In this document: positions 31,016 to 39,872 of the stretch, piece after piece | Layout: the number at the start of each line of letters is the position of its first letter | How positions within the stretch are numbered: position 1 is the stretch's first letter | From: an uncultured Nitrospiraceae bacterium | GTDB lineage: Bacteria > Nitrospirota > Nitrospiria > Nitrospirales > Nitrospiraceae | Direction of reading: 5' to 3' | NCBI GenBank assembly: GCA_963846575.1 | Contig: CAWJWJ010000002.1 | Location: forward strand, 1 to 64,000 | Length of the DNA stretch: 64,000 bases | Position numbers and translations under genes: made by a program | The notes under the pieces: generated by a model | The model's database searches: none | Told to the model about the DNA's origin: nothing | What the model saw: only the letters and a program-made list of their open reading frames with translations

Positions 31016-31264
31016 TCAGACTTGTTTCATCCATTCCAATTGCCCAAGTTCATTGAGCTTGTGATAGAGGGTCACCCACGGACAAGTCATATCCGGATAG
31101 ACCTCGCAGAACCCGCCTTTACGGACGCCTCCGCAGGGACCATGACTCATGAACTTAGGACATTCCGCCTTCAGTGAACCGTCAGGAATCGGCGGGCGCT
31201 TGTGTACACCCCCAACATGCTGCTCGCTATGTTCCTCTCCAGGCACTAATACTCGTGTAGGCAT
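31016..31264 (-). CDS. Small MetV-like (MTHFR C-terminal Cys-rich domain) protein
   Basis: CPKFMSHGPCGG...GFCEV....CPW motif. Confidence 0.8.
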   Translation of the reverse strand: MPTRVLVPGEEHSEQHVGGVHKRPPIPDGSLKAECPKFMSHGPCGGVRKGGFCEVYPDMTCPWVTLYHKLNELGQLEWMKQV

Positions 31265-31270
31265 AGACGT

Positions 31271-31299
31271 AGTGTAAACTGAATTGCGTTGGGCGACAA
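31271..31299 (-). promoter_or_regulatory. Sigma-70-type promoter giving a probably leaderless metV-like/queF transcript
   Basis: TTGTCG-N17-TACACT ending 6 nt before the ATG; no SD. Confidence 0.55.
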
Positions 31300-31532
31300 C
31301 ATCTACATCTCTTTGGAGCGCATCCTAAGCAGATAATGTTTGGGATTCATCAGCGTGAAAAAACCACTCGTCTGGTTGGTTTAGTGCCAAGGGCCTACCG
31401 CTCGTCCCGGAACTAGGCCTTCTTTCGTTAATCTTGGGCCTTCTGCAAAGTTGCAATGCTCTGCTGGACGCTATAGACTGGCATTTGTCTTGGAATGACA
31501 GCCATTTCCGTTTTTGTCCGGAAGCCTTGCGA

Positions 31533-31562
31533 TTGACAGATTTTTTAGCCCTTTGCTACACT
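31533..31562 (+). promoter_or_regulatory. Sigma-70-type promoter of the for operon
   Basis: TTGACA-N18-TACACT with TG extension. Confidence 0.6.
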
Positions 31563-31720
31563 CGGCGACGAAGCAGAAAAAGAGCCGACATTCCTTATCA
31601 GTCTTAAGGAACATTGCTCAGTATTCAACCGGTCAACGTCCATATAATCCGCATTTGACATTTCTTCTGGCCCCTTTAGGGCTGGGAGGAATCACCAGCG
31701 AATAAAGGGAGGGAATTCTT

Positions 31721-32617
31721 ATGAGCCTTGATTACGTCAAGTTTTCAAGCGGCTTTGAAAAGTTCATGCCGAAGGAATATCGCGACATGGTGGAGCACGG
31801 ACCTTTCGGCAAAAAAGTATCGGTCTCGCAGATGGGTTCTTTTAAAGAAGTGCTTGAAGAGCACCCCATGTGTGCTGGCTGTGCAATGACTCTCTTTATC
31901 CGACTTGCCATGATTGCCTTCCCGAATCCAGAAGATACTATCACTGTAGGTACCGCCGGTTGCGGCCGGTTAGCGATCTCGCAAGCAGCCATCCCCTTCG
32001 TATATGGGAATTACGGTGACCAGAATGGTGTAGCGAGTGGGTTGTCTCGCGGCCTACGCCTTCGATTCGGCGACAAACCCAAGGACGTCGTCGTGATGGC
32101 AGGAGACGGGGGAACGGCAGATATAGGATTTCAGCAAGTGCTCCATTCGTGGTTCCGGAAAGAGCGATTCACCACGATCATGTTGGATAATGAAGTGTAT
32201 GGAAATACCGGCGGGCAGGAGAGTGGGATGACCAATCGAGGCGCGGTCCTCAAAATGGCACCCCTGGGGAAGAAGTTTGAGAAGATGGATATGTTGCAGA
32301 TGGCAAAAGTGGCTGGTTGCGCGTATGTGGCGACCGTGGTTCCGAACAATCCCCGTCGGGTTGAGAGCGTCATCAAGAAGGCTGTGCTGATCGCCAGAGA
32401 AGTGGGGTCCACGTACATTCAGGCCTACACGTCATGCAACATTGAGTACGCAATTCCAACCGACAAGGTCATGGAAGATGCCAAAACCGTTGAAAACGAT
32501 CGCTACCAATTCTCCGAATACATTACTGACGAAGCGAAGCAATTTCTCACTGAGCGGTATGGGTACAAGGAGTTTCTCCCGAAGCCAGCCGCTCCCGCTG
32601 GTCTGCCAAAGGCCTGA
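31721..32617 (+). CDS. forB: 2-oxoglutarate:ferredoxin oxidoreductase (five-subunit For type), beta/TPP subunit
   Basis: CAGC, TAGC, AGDGGTADIG, DNEVYGNTGGQES; OGOR rather than POR inferred from rTCA context. Confidence 0.85.
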   Translation: MSLDYVKFSSGFEKFMPKEYRDMVEHGPFGKKVSVSQMGSFKEVLEEHPMCAGCAMTLFIRLAMIAFPNPEDTITVGTAGCGRLAISQAAIPFVYGNYGDQNGVASGLSRGLRLRFGDKPKDVVVMAGDGGTADIGFQQVLHSWFRKERFTTIMLDNEVYGNTGGQESGMTNRGAVLKMAPLGKKFEKMDMLQMAKVAGCAYVATVVPNNPRRVESVIKKAVLIAREVGSTYIQAYTSCNIEYAIPTDKVMEDAKTVENDRYQFSEYITDEAKQFLTERYGYKEFLPKPAAPAGLPKA

Positions 32618-32640
32618 GTCACGTTGAAGGAGGATTGAGC

Positions 32641-33354
32641 ATGGCGAAACGGTTTAACATTCGGATGGCGGGCGTGGGTGGTCAAGGCGTTGTGACCGGC
32701 TCTCATATTCTCAGCACCGCAGTTATTAACGCAGGCGGAGAAAGTACGATTGTTCCGTTTTACGGATCGGAAAAGCGGATGGCGCCCGTGGAGAGCTATG
32801 TGCGGGTGTCCGATGAGCCCATCTATGAGATTGGGGAAATCACTTTCCCCCACATCATTATCATTTTCCACCCACAAGTCATTACTCACGGCAAATCGTA
32901 CACCATGCCGTTTTACTTCGGACTGAAGGAAGACGGTATCGCCTTGATTAATAACGATGGGCCGATGAAACTCCATCGGGATCAAGCTCGCGAATTAGAA
33001 GAGCGTCGCGCGAGGTTGTACTATTTCCCGGCCACAAAAATTTCTCTTGAGGTTGCGGGGATGGATCTGGCGACGAACATGGCTTTGATGGGTTGCATCG
33101 GGGCAATCACGGGTCTGACATCCGTCCAATCCTTAGAGCAGGCTGTCAAGGATCGGTTCCTGGGTAAAGGCTTTGTCGTGTCTGGTGGAACTGCCGCATT
33201 GGATAGTGTCGTTGAACGAAAGTTTAAAAAGAAGCAAGAATTGATCGACAAGAACGTTGCGGTCATTCAAGCCGGCTGGAATTATGCGGTTGATAACGGT
33301 TGGGCCGCCCCATCCGTCAAGCGCTCGGAAACGGCAGAGGCCGTTACCGCTTGA
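32641..33354 (+). CDS. forC: 2-oxoacid:ferredoxin oxidoreductase gamma subunit
   Basis: IRMAGVGGQGVVT, YGSEKRMAP, NMALMG. Confidence 0.85.
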   Translation: MAKRFNIRMAGVGGQGVVTGSHILSTAVINAGGESTIVPFYGSEKRMAPVESYVRVSDEPIYEIGEITFPHIIIIFHPQVITHGKSYTMPFYFGLKEDGIALINNDGPMKLHRDQARELEERRARLYYFPATKISLEVAGMDLATNMALMGCIGAITGLTSVQSLEQAVKDRFLGKGFVVSGGTAALDSVVERKFKKKQELIDKNVAVIQAGWNYAVDNGWAAPSVKRSETAEAVTA

Positions 33355-33379
33355 TTCAGCTTAAGAACAAGGAGTTCTC

Positions 33380-33703
33380 ATGTATCTCGTAGCCGATATC
33401 AGCGTTGAGATCTGTGCCGCGAAAAGCTGCAAGCTCTGCACCCAATACTGTCCAGAAGCCAATACAATCCTTTATAGTGACGAAATGGGCAAGGATAAAG
33501 GATTTAAGTATGGTTCGGCGTATGTGGCGGTGGATCGATGTAAGGGTTGCGCCCAATGCGTCTGGGTCTGTGACAACATGGCAAAGAATAATGCCATTAA
33601 GATGATCATGATCGATCAACTGCCGGTGGCAGCATTGACGGACAATATTACCTACGGGGAAAAGAGCACGACGGCCGCATTGGTTAGTCCTGTAGTTGGG
33701 TAA
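33380..33703 (+). CDS. forE: 2-oxoacid:ferredoxin oxidoreductase ferredoxin-like (epsilon) subunit
   Basis: C...SCKLCTQYCP and CKGCAQCVWVC clusters. Confidence 0.82.
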   Translation: MYLVADISVEICAAKSCKLCTQYCPEANTILYSDEMGKDKGFKYGSAYVAVDRCKGCAQCVWVCDNMAKNNAIKMIMIDQLPVAALTDNITYGEKSTTAALVSPVVG

Positions 33704-34488
33704 TGCACGAAAGGGGAATGGGCGTGGGAACGACGCAAGATACGAGAGAGCGGATCATCGTGCCGGGACCAGCAGGGTTCCATCCACCGTCAGCAGCTCA
33801 GCTGGGAGTATCGCTGCCCGATCCTGGGCAGGGCCTGTATTATGGACTGCTGGAGCCGAATGAGGACACAGTAATCGAAGAGATGGCTCGGAAAATGCTG
33901 ACTAGCCCGAATGCTACGATCTTCCCGGGACCTCTCGTCTTGTGGGCGTGGAATGATCATGCCGTCGAAAAGGCAAAGGCAGTTTTGGAAATTGCTGCTC
34001 AAATTCCAGAAGTTATGATCATCCCTATGCCGGATTACCGTCCAAAGTACCCAAAGATCGATCCCGAAGAAGTTATCAATCCGAATCATCCAAACCTTAC
34101 GATTTGGGGGAATAAGATCGAAGCCTGCGTCTTCATTGGGGTGCACTGTCACTATGCCAATCTCACCCTGAAAATGATTCGGGCCGGGACGAACTGCTGT
34201 ACTATGGCCATTTGTGCAGAGCAAGGTCATGAAGACGCGATGTTGACCATTCGTGATTCAGACACGCTGAAGCTGAGAAAAACAGCACAAATCTTCAAGC
34301 GGATTCGCGAGGAGATGGGCATAAAGTTGCCTGAAAACGGAGAGAATGTTCGATTCACTGGGACTCAGGCCAAAGTCCATAATGGTAAGACGCATACCAA
34401 CCCTATGACCTTTATGCCCTCGGCTGCCGGCGTCGGCAGTGCAGCCACATTTGGCCACTCAGCTGATCAGATGAAGCGAGAAGGCTAA
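33703..34488 (+). CDS. forD: 2-oxoacid:ferredoxin oxidoreductase delta subunit (For/Por five-subunit type)
   Basis: IFPGPLVLW, PMPDYRPKYPKI, NPNHPNLTIW, GVHCHYAN; start may be 33718 or 33724. Confidence 0.8.
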   Translation: MHERGMGVGTTQDTRERIIVPGPAGFHPPSAAQLGVSLPDPGQGLYYGLLEPNEDTVIEEMARKMLTSPNATIFPGPLVLWAWNDHAVEKAKAVLEIAAQIPEVMIIPMPDYRPKYPKIDPEEVINPNHPNLTIWGNKIEACVFIGVHCHYANLTLKMIRAGTNCCTMAICAEQGHEDAMLTIRDSDTLKLRKTAQIFKRIREEMGIKLPENGENVRFTGTQAKVHNGKTHTNPMTFMPSAAGVGSAATFGHSADQMKREG

Positions 34489-34513
34489 GGCGATACAGTT
34501 AAGAGGTGCAAAG

Positions 34514-35860
34514 ATGAGCGAAGCATTAGAACCCCAACAGAAAACAAATCCGCAAGGCGACCCCATCACGAGTGTTTCGGCTCCCAAAGCCGAAGGTAAG
34601 AAGGATCCGCATGCGGATGCAAAACGGCAAAAGGTTGTAACTCCTGAATACCTCTTCTTAGAGGCTCCTCGCACGAAAGAGTTTATCACCGGGAGTGAGG
34701 CCGCAAAAGAAGCAATACGAAGGTCAAATGTAGACCTTGCTATCGCCTACCCAATCACGCCGCAAAGCGAGACGATGCAATTGGTCGGCGTGCTGTATGG
34801 TGAAGGATATGTTAAAGAATACTATCGCGGAGAAGAAGAAGTCGGCGTGATGGCAGCAATTGCCGGTGGATCCCGAGCAGGGGTACGCTGTTACACGGCG
34901 ACCGCGGGCCCGGGTACGCTGAGAGGTTTGGAGGGTATTGCTTCATGGCCTGGACATCGGCTTCCCGTTGTTGCCATGTTCACCTGTCGAGTTGTGAATG
35001 CGCCTTTGGCGATTCAGCCAGATAACATTGAGGTGTCCTATTTGATCAATTGCGGCATGATCGTGTTCCACGCCGAAAATCAGCAGGACATGTATGATTT
35101 CACGATGGCAGGATTCGTCATCAGTGAAAAGAATGATGTTACCCTTCCTGTCGGCGTATGTTGCGATGGGTTCTTCGTTACGCATGCCAGGGGTTATGTA
35201 CGGATGCAGGATCGCGGAATGAAATTGCCGCCAAGAGAACCGTGGAGAGGAGCAGTTCCAGTTCTGGATGCGGAGAATCCCCCTGCCCGACTGTCTCGGG
35301 ATGCTCCGGTTCAGAAGTCCAACTTTATGGCGTACAACATTCATGCGGTTTGGCAGCAAGAGGTCTGGGCCGCGGTAGAACGCTCGCGTAAATATATAAA
35401 CCAGTATATGGGCGGGTTGCTTACCGCCGAGAATGTGGACGATGCCGAGGCGGTCATTATTGCTTCTGGAAGTGCAGCGGCTCAATCTCGGGAAGCAGTC
35501 CGTATTTGTGCAGAGAAGGGCATTAAGATTGGGTTGATCAAGATCCGCTCGCTCCGTCCGTTCCCGACACAGGAACTACGTAAGTTATGCGGAAAAGCCA
35601 AATTGATTGTTGTTCCGGAATTCAACTATGTCGGGTGGTTGGCTAAAGAGGTGGCAACCGCTATTTATGGATTCTCAAACGCAAAAATCATCGGTGGCCC
35701 GCGTGTTTATGGGGGACAGTCGATGCCGGTAGAATTGATTGTGGATGAAGTTGAATCCGGTTTGACAGGTAAGAAGTCGACAAACGTGGCGATGTCTCAG
35801 GTCATGGGCGCTTCCGCTGCCGACCAGGAGGCCATGGGGCATTTCCTGCGCAGTATTTGA
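34514..35860 (+). CDS. forA: 2-oxoacid:ferredoxin oxidoreductase alpha subunit
   Basis: AYPITPQSE, TATAGPG, DGFFVTH, IRSLRPFP. Confidence 0.87.
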   Translation: MSEALEPQQKTNPQGDPITSVSAPKAEGKKDPHADAKRQKVVTPEYLFLEAPRTKEFITGSEAAKEAIRRSNVDLAIAYPITPQSETMQLVGVLYGEGYVKEYYRGEEEVGVMAAIAGGSRAGVRCYTATAGPGTLRGLEGIASWPGHRLPVVAMFTCRVVNAPLAIQPDNIEVSYLINCGMIVFHAENQQDMYDFTMAGFVISEKNDVTLPVGVCCDGFFVTHARGYVRMQDRGMKLPPREPWRGAVPVLDAENPPARLSRDAPVQKSNFMAYNIHAVWQQEVWAAVERSRKYINQYMGGLLTAENVDDAEAVIIASGSAAAQSREAVRICAEKGIKIGLIKIRSLRPFPTQELRKLCGKAKLIVVPEFNYVGWLAKEVATAIYGFSNAKIIGGPRVYGGQSMPVELIVDEVESGLTGKKSTNVAMSQVMGASAADQEAMGHFLRSI

Positions 35861-35888
35861 GTTCGAGAAGAGGAACGTGAAGAAAAAG

Positions 35889-35921
35889 CAGAGCCCGTTC
35901 GGCTGATCCGAACGGGCTCTG
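35889..35921. terminator. Intrinsic terminator between convergent genes
   Basis: 14-bp perfect stem cagagcccgttcgg/ccgaacgggctctg; A-run on the left gives a U-tract on the minus strand. Confidence 0.8.
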
Positions 35922-35944
35922 TGCGTTGTGAAGATCACGCAACC

Positions 35945-36193
35945 TTAGCCTTGCAGATCTTCTTCAACCAGGTCGGGACTCTCCGGCATTCCGCTGGCAA
36001 TGTATTTGGCATAGGAAAGGTAAATCAGGCTACTATCGCGCATGGCCTTGGCCCCATAGGTCATACGTTCCAAACGTTCCGCATCAACGGGTTGAGCCGA
36101 TTGAAGCGTTGCGACATGTTCTTCCAGGACCATTGTGTATCGTTCCATGGCCATCTCTACTTCCCGATAGGCTTGCAGAATAGGATCAGTCAT
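35945..36193 (-). CDS. Hypothetical small helical protein
   Basis: 82 aa; GAGGAG RBS and TTGACC-N18-TATCCT promoter upstream; terminator downstream. Confidence 0.8.
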   Translation of the reverse strand: MTDPILQAYREVEMAMERYTMVLEEHVATLQSAQPVDAERLERMTYGAKAMRDSSLIYLSYAKYIASGMPESPDLVEEDLQG

Positions 36194-36260
36194 ATAATTT
36201 GCTCCTCTTGCTAGGCAGGATACAGCAGGGTCCTTTTAAGGGTCAACACGGTATCTATTC

Positions 36261-37466
36261 ATGCATAAAGTATCATCAGCGGTACTGAGCGCGCTGGCAA
36301 CAGTGGCTCGGGGAAGCCTTCAGGGGTTGCATCGGGATCCGCCGCAACCCATCGCCAGCGGAGTATTAAGCCTTTCAGCATTATTTACTAGGGGTGGGCT
36401 CGGGAAAAGCCGTGCATATCTAGAGGATGCACGGCTGCGTGCGAGTTATCTTTCCTATTATGTGCCCGTAAACGTTTCGAAAGTGCAGGCATTACTGGAT
36501 GAGCTGCGTCCCACCTTTTCAGCCATTCGAAACGATGAATTTCGAGTCCTAGATCTCGGTGGAGGGCCTGGAACTGGGGCGGTCGCTACATTGGATTGGT
36601 GTTGTTCGACCGACACCCTCTCTCCCGCGTCTCTTCGAATGACAGTCGTTGATCACTCTCCCCAAGCGTTAAGGCTCTGTGACGAGGTCTGGAATGCGTA
36701 CGGCAAGGCGCAGAATGGGCGAAGAATTTCCTCGCTACACACCGTGGAGCACAATTTAGAACAGCGTCTTCCCTCCCGTCTTCGACCGCTTGATGGGGAG
36801 AGGGGCTATGACTTAATTATTCTTCAGAATCTGCTTTCCGAGTTATTCGTTGAAAGCTCAGATCCCATCAATCAGCGAACCATGTTGGTGGCGACGTTGC
36901 TCGAGTGGTTAGCGAGAGACGGAAGCCTGATGATCGTAGAGCCTGCTATGCGATCTGCCTCGCGAGAATTGCATCAGGTGCGGGATAAACTTCTGGCTAG
37001 CGAGCGCTGTGGTATCTATAGCCCCTGCCTGCACGATTCACCATGCCCAGCATTGATTAAGCCTGATGATTGGTGCCACGAGGAACGCAAATGGGAGACC
37101 CCAGATTGGATTAGTCAGATCGACAGACAGGTGGGGTTCATCAAGGACGCACTTAAGTTTTCATATGTGATCCTGCGGAAGGACGGGAAAACACTAGTTC
37201 CGAGAAATTCTGAATATCATCGTGTTGTCAGCGAGTTACGTGTAATGAAGGGTGAGAAACGGGTCTGGTTGTGTGATGCAACAGGTAGGCTGGAGGTCGG
37301 ACGGCAAGACAAGGAGCAGTCGACATCCAACACGGCCTTTGATTCCTGGCATCGGGGTGCTATTGTGCGTGTCAGTGAAATTGTCAGGAAGAACAGAAAA
37401 GATCGACCGGCTATGGTCGGCCGAATCCTCTCAATAGGAGAAGCCGAAATCATCCGCCCTGCGTAA
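36261..37466 (+). CDS. Rsm22/METTL17-family SAM-dependent methyltransferase-like protein
   Basis: VLDLGGGPGTG, IVEP, SPC.H...CP......WCH, FSYVILRK, LCD..G. Confidence 0.82.
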   Translation: MHKVSSAVLSALATVARGSLQGLHRDPPQPIASGVLSLSALFTRGGLGKSRAYLEDARLRASYLSYYVPVNVSKVQALLDELRPTFSAIRNDEFRVLDLGGGPGTGAVATLDWCCSTDTLSPASLRMTVVDHSPQALRLCDEVWNAYGKAQNGRRISSLHTVEHNLEQRLPSRLRPLDGERGYDLIILQNLLSELFVESSDPINQRTMLVATLLEWLARDGSLMIVEPAMRSASRELHQVRDKLLASERCGIYSPCLHDSPCPALIKPDDWCHEERKWETPDWISQIDRQVGFIKDALKFSYVILRKDGKTLVPRNSEYHRVVSELRVMKGEKRVWLCDATGRLEVGRQDKEQSTSNTAFDSWHRGAIVRVSEIVRKNRKDRPAMVGRILSIGEAEIIRPA

Positions 37467-37470
37467 AGTA

Positions 37471-37665
37471 TTAATCAGCTTCGGGCTCAGAGCTGCCGTG
37501 TTGATGGGTGACACGGTCCTCATCGAAGAGTTCGGCCATTTCGTCTGCCATCATGTCCCGGTCATTAGGAACCGAGACGAGGGGGATTTCTTTGCGCGGC
37601 TTCGCTTCGCCATCGGGGGGGGGGGAGGGCAATTTAGGTGATTTAGGGGCTTGTGAGTTGCTCAT
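37471..37665 (-). CDS. Hypothetical small acidic/Pro-rich protein
   Basis: 64 aa ORF from ATG 37665 filling the gap; TATACT just upstream. Confidence 0.6.
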   Translation of the reverse strand: MSNSQAPKSPKLPSPPPDGEAKPRKEIPLVSVPNDRDMMADEMAELFDEDRVTHQHGSSEPEAD

Positions 37666-37706
37666 ACAAAATTCAGTATACACGAAATGTTGATCAATAA
37701 TAAGCG

Positions 37707-38066
37707 TTATTCGAATGCTTCCAGCGACGAACGCTCAGGGAATTGAGTCTTACAGGCGGAGCAGGTGACAAAATAGACGGATTCGCGGACTGACATGGTG
37801 ACCCGGAAATCAAGACCCACGCCTCGATGCTGGCAGGTTGGACATGAGATCTCCTTCAGTCGGTAAGGGATATCCGGTTGAGTTCTCAGATAAAATTCCA
37901 TGTCGGTGTACACAGGGAAATTGTACCGACATTTTAAGCAGACGCCACGGCATTCTCCGTCCGATTGTAAGGTTCGTCGGTCGACGCCAAAAGCGTTCGT
38001 CTTGCATATTGCGCAACGAATGCTGGATAGGCGCTGTTCCACTTCTTCGAGCGGAGTGCGAGACAT
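37707..38066 (-). CDS. Hypothetical double zinc-ribbon protein
   Basis: Four CxxC motifs (CAIC, CLKC, CPTC, CSAC); TTGAAG-N18-TATACT upstream. Confidence 0.82.
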   Translation of the reverse strand: MSRTPLEEVEQRLSSIRCAICKTNAFGVDRRTLQSDGECRGVCLKCRYNFPVYTDMEFYLRTQPDIPYRLKEISCPTCQHRGVGLDFRVTMSVRESVYFVTCSACKTQFPERSSLEAFE

Positions 38067-38191
38067 GCGTCGGTTACCTTTTCAGATTGAGTCATGAGTA
38101 TACGCAGCGAATGAGACAATCTTCAACCAACATGTTCGGATAAGCTAGAATTTCTTGACCGGGAACCAGTCGTCCCTATACTAACTAGACC

Positions 38192-38623
38192 ATGCATTTG
38201 ATTAATAAGCGGCTTCTGGTGGGCAATGCTGACGATGCCAAGAATCCCCCCCCCCAAGTGGGCGCCGTTTTGATGGTTGCAGAAGAACAGAACGTGCCGG
38301 TACCGCCGAGGATCGTCTATGCGAAAATTCCTTTAAAAGAATTTGGCAAGCCCACCGTCGTGTCGCTTGGCGAAGCTGTTGATTGGGTGGAGGCGCATAT
38401 CGTCGACCATCGAATCATGGTCTGTTGCCGCGCGGGCATGGGGCGCTCGGTCTCAGTGGTGATTGCCTACTTCTGCTGCGTCGAACGGATGTCTTACCCC
38501 GATGCCCTTAAGATGGTACTAGCTCGCCGTCCAGGTGGAATGCCACTGCCATATCTTCAGGAAATAATCGAAGCTCTCAATCTGCTCCGACGAGACCGTT
38601 CCAATTCGGCAATCGCTCAGTAG
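38192..38623 (+). CDS. Dual-specificity/PTP-like phosphatase
   Basis: VCCRAGMGRS (CX5R) loop followed by SVVIAY and RRP. Confidence 0.85.
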   Translation: MHLINKRLLVGNADDAKNPPPQVGAVLMVAEEQNVPVPPRIVYAKIPLKEFGKPTVVSLGEAVDWVEAHIVDHRIMVCCRAGMGRSVSVVIAYFCCVERMSYPDALKMVLARRPGGMPLPYLQEIIEALNLLRRDRSNSAIAQ

Positions 38624-38817
38624 TGGACTTGCTCTCATTTTGCTGCGAAGTCGCAATTCACTGCTCCACTTCGTGGAACAAGTTCTCCGCTCCCCCTCCC
38701 AATAAATACCATCCTAGACTCAGTCTAATTCCCCCAGTTGCATTTTGCCTGACAGCCATGGCGTAATTTGGTCTGCGCGGGAAGGCTTTTCCATTCTCAC
38801 AGGGAAGATGTATTTCG

Positions 38818-39708
38818 ATGCCAGAGCTGCCCGAAGCGGAAGTTGTAGCACGTCAATTGCGTAACCGAGTGATCGGAACGACCGTGCGGGAGGTCTGGGT
38901 GGGTCGCGATGATATTGTTCGCGAGGGCCTGCCGTCAGTGGAATGGTACCGTCAGGCGAAAATTATTGACGTTGAGCGAAGGGGTAAGAGCGTCATCCTC
39001 GGATTCGTTCGGAAAGGGGATGCGCGATTTCTAGTTGCCGAATTGGGCATGACTGGCCTACTAATCTTTGCATCGACCCGAACGAAGCACCCGCAACACA
39101 CTCACTTTGTTCTGCACTTAGACGGTAGTGGAGAAACTCAAATCCGATATTGGAATCCTCGGCGATTTGGGCGACTGTCCTTGCTCGACCAATCGGGTCT
39201 TGACCGATATGCGGCGCGTCGGTTCGGTTATGATCCGCTCACTATCAGCCTTGGAGAATTTATCAGAGTACTCGGGTCCACACGCCAACGGCTGAAGCCC
39301 TTGTTGATGCATCAGCAAGTGATTGCTGGAATAGGGAATATCTACGCCAGTGAGATTCTCTTCCGCGCCGGGCTCCATCCGCACCAAGTTGCCAATCAAT
39401 TGAATGAGAAAGCGATGATGCGATTGCACAGAATTATGGGGGAAGTGTTGCAGGAAGCCATTGCCATGGGGGGGTCAAGCGTGAGGGACTACTTTGCGCC
39501 GGATGGAACGGAGGGGCAATATAAGCGCAGACACTTGGTCTACGCAAAAACGGGGGAGCCTTGTCCAAACGGGTGCGGGGGGCTGATCCGACGGTCTGCC
39601 GGCGAACGGACTTCTTTCTATTGTCCAATATGTCAACGAAGGAGGACCCGTCGGGCTCCTCAACCAGAACAGAGCTCATTGGGCAGTTCAGGGAAGGCAA
39701 AGTCTTGA
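38818..39708 (+). CDS. mutM: Formamidopyrimidine-DNA glycosylase
   Basis: MPELPE, RRGK, LGMTG, PRRFG, GIGNIYASE, C-terminal zinc finger. Confidence 0.95.
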   Translation: MPELPEAEVVARQLRNRVIGTTVREVWVGRDDIVREGLPSVEWYRQAKIIDVERRGKSVILGFVRKGDARFLVAELGMTGLLIFASTRTKHPQHTHFVLHLDGSGETQIRYWNPRRFGRLSLLDQSGLDRYAARRFGYDPLTISLGEFIRVLGSTRQRLKPLLMHQQVIAGIGNIYASEILFRAGLHPHQVANQLNEKAMMRLHRIMGEVLQEAIAMGGSSVRDYFAPDGTEGQYKRRHLVYAKTGEPCPNGCGGLIRRSAGERTSFYCPICQRRRTRRAPQPEQSSLGSSGKAKS

Positions 39709-39872
39709 TAACAATCAGATCAATTATTTATGAAGATGAATCTTCAGTCCCCATTGTGGTAGGACTTCTGTGCTCAAGGCGTAGGCCCTTTGGAGGATTG
39801 AGCTAATCACCGGATTTCGGTACTCTATCGGTCCGTTTCTCTGCCCTATCACTCACCAAGGAGTCGTCAATC

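Noticed and set aside
31479..31494. Sigma-54-like TGGCAT-N5-TTGG upstream of forB
   Set aside because: The -12 GC is absent and a good sigma-70 promoter lies just downstream
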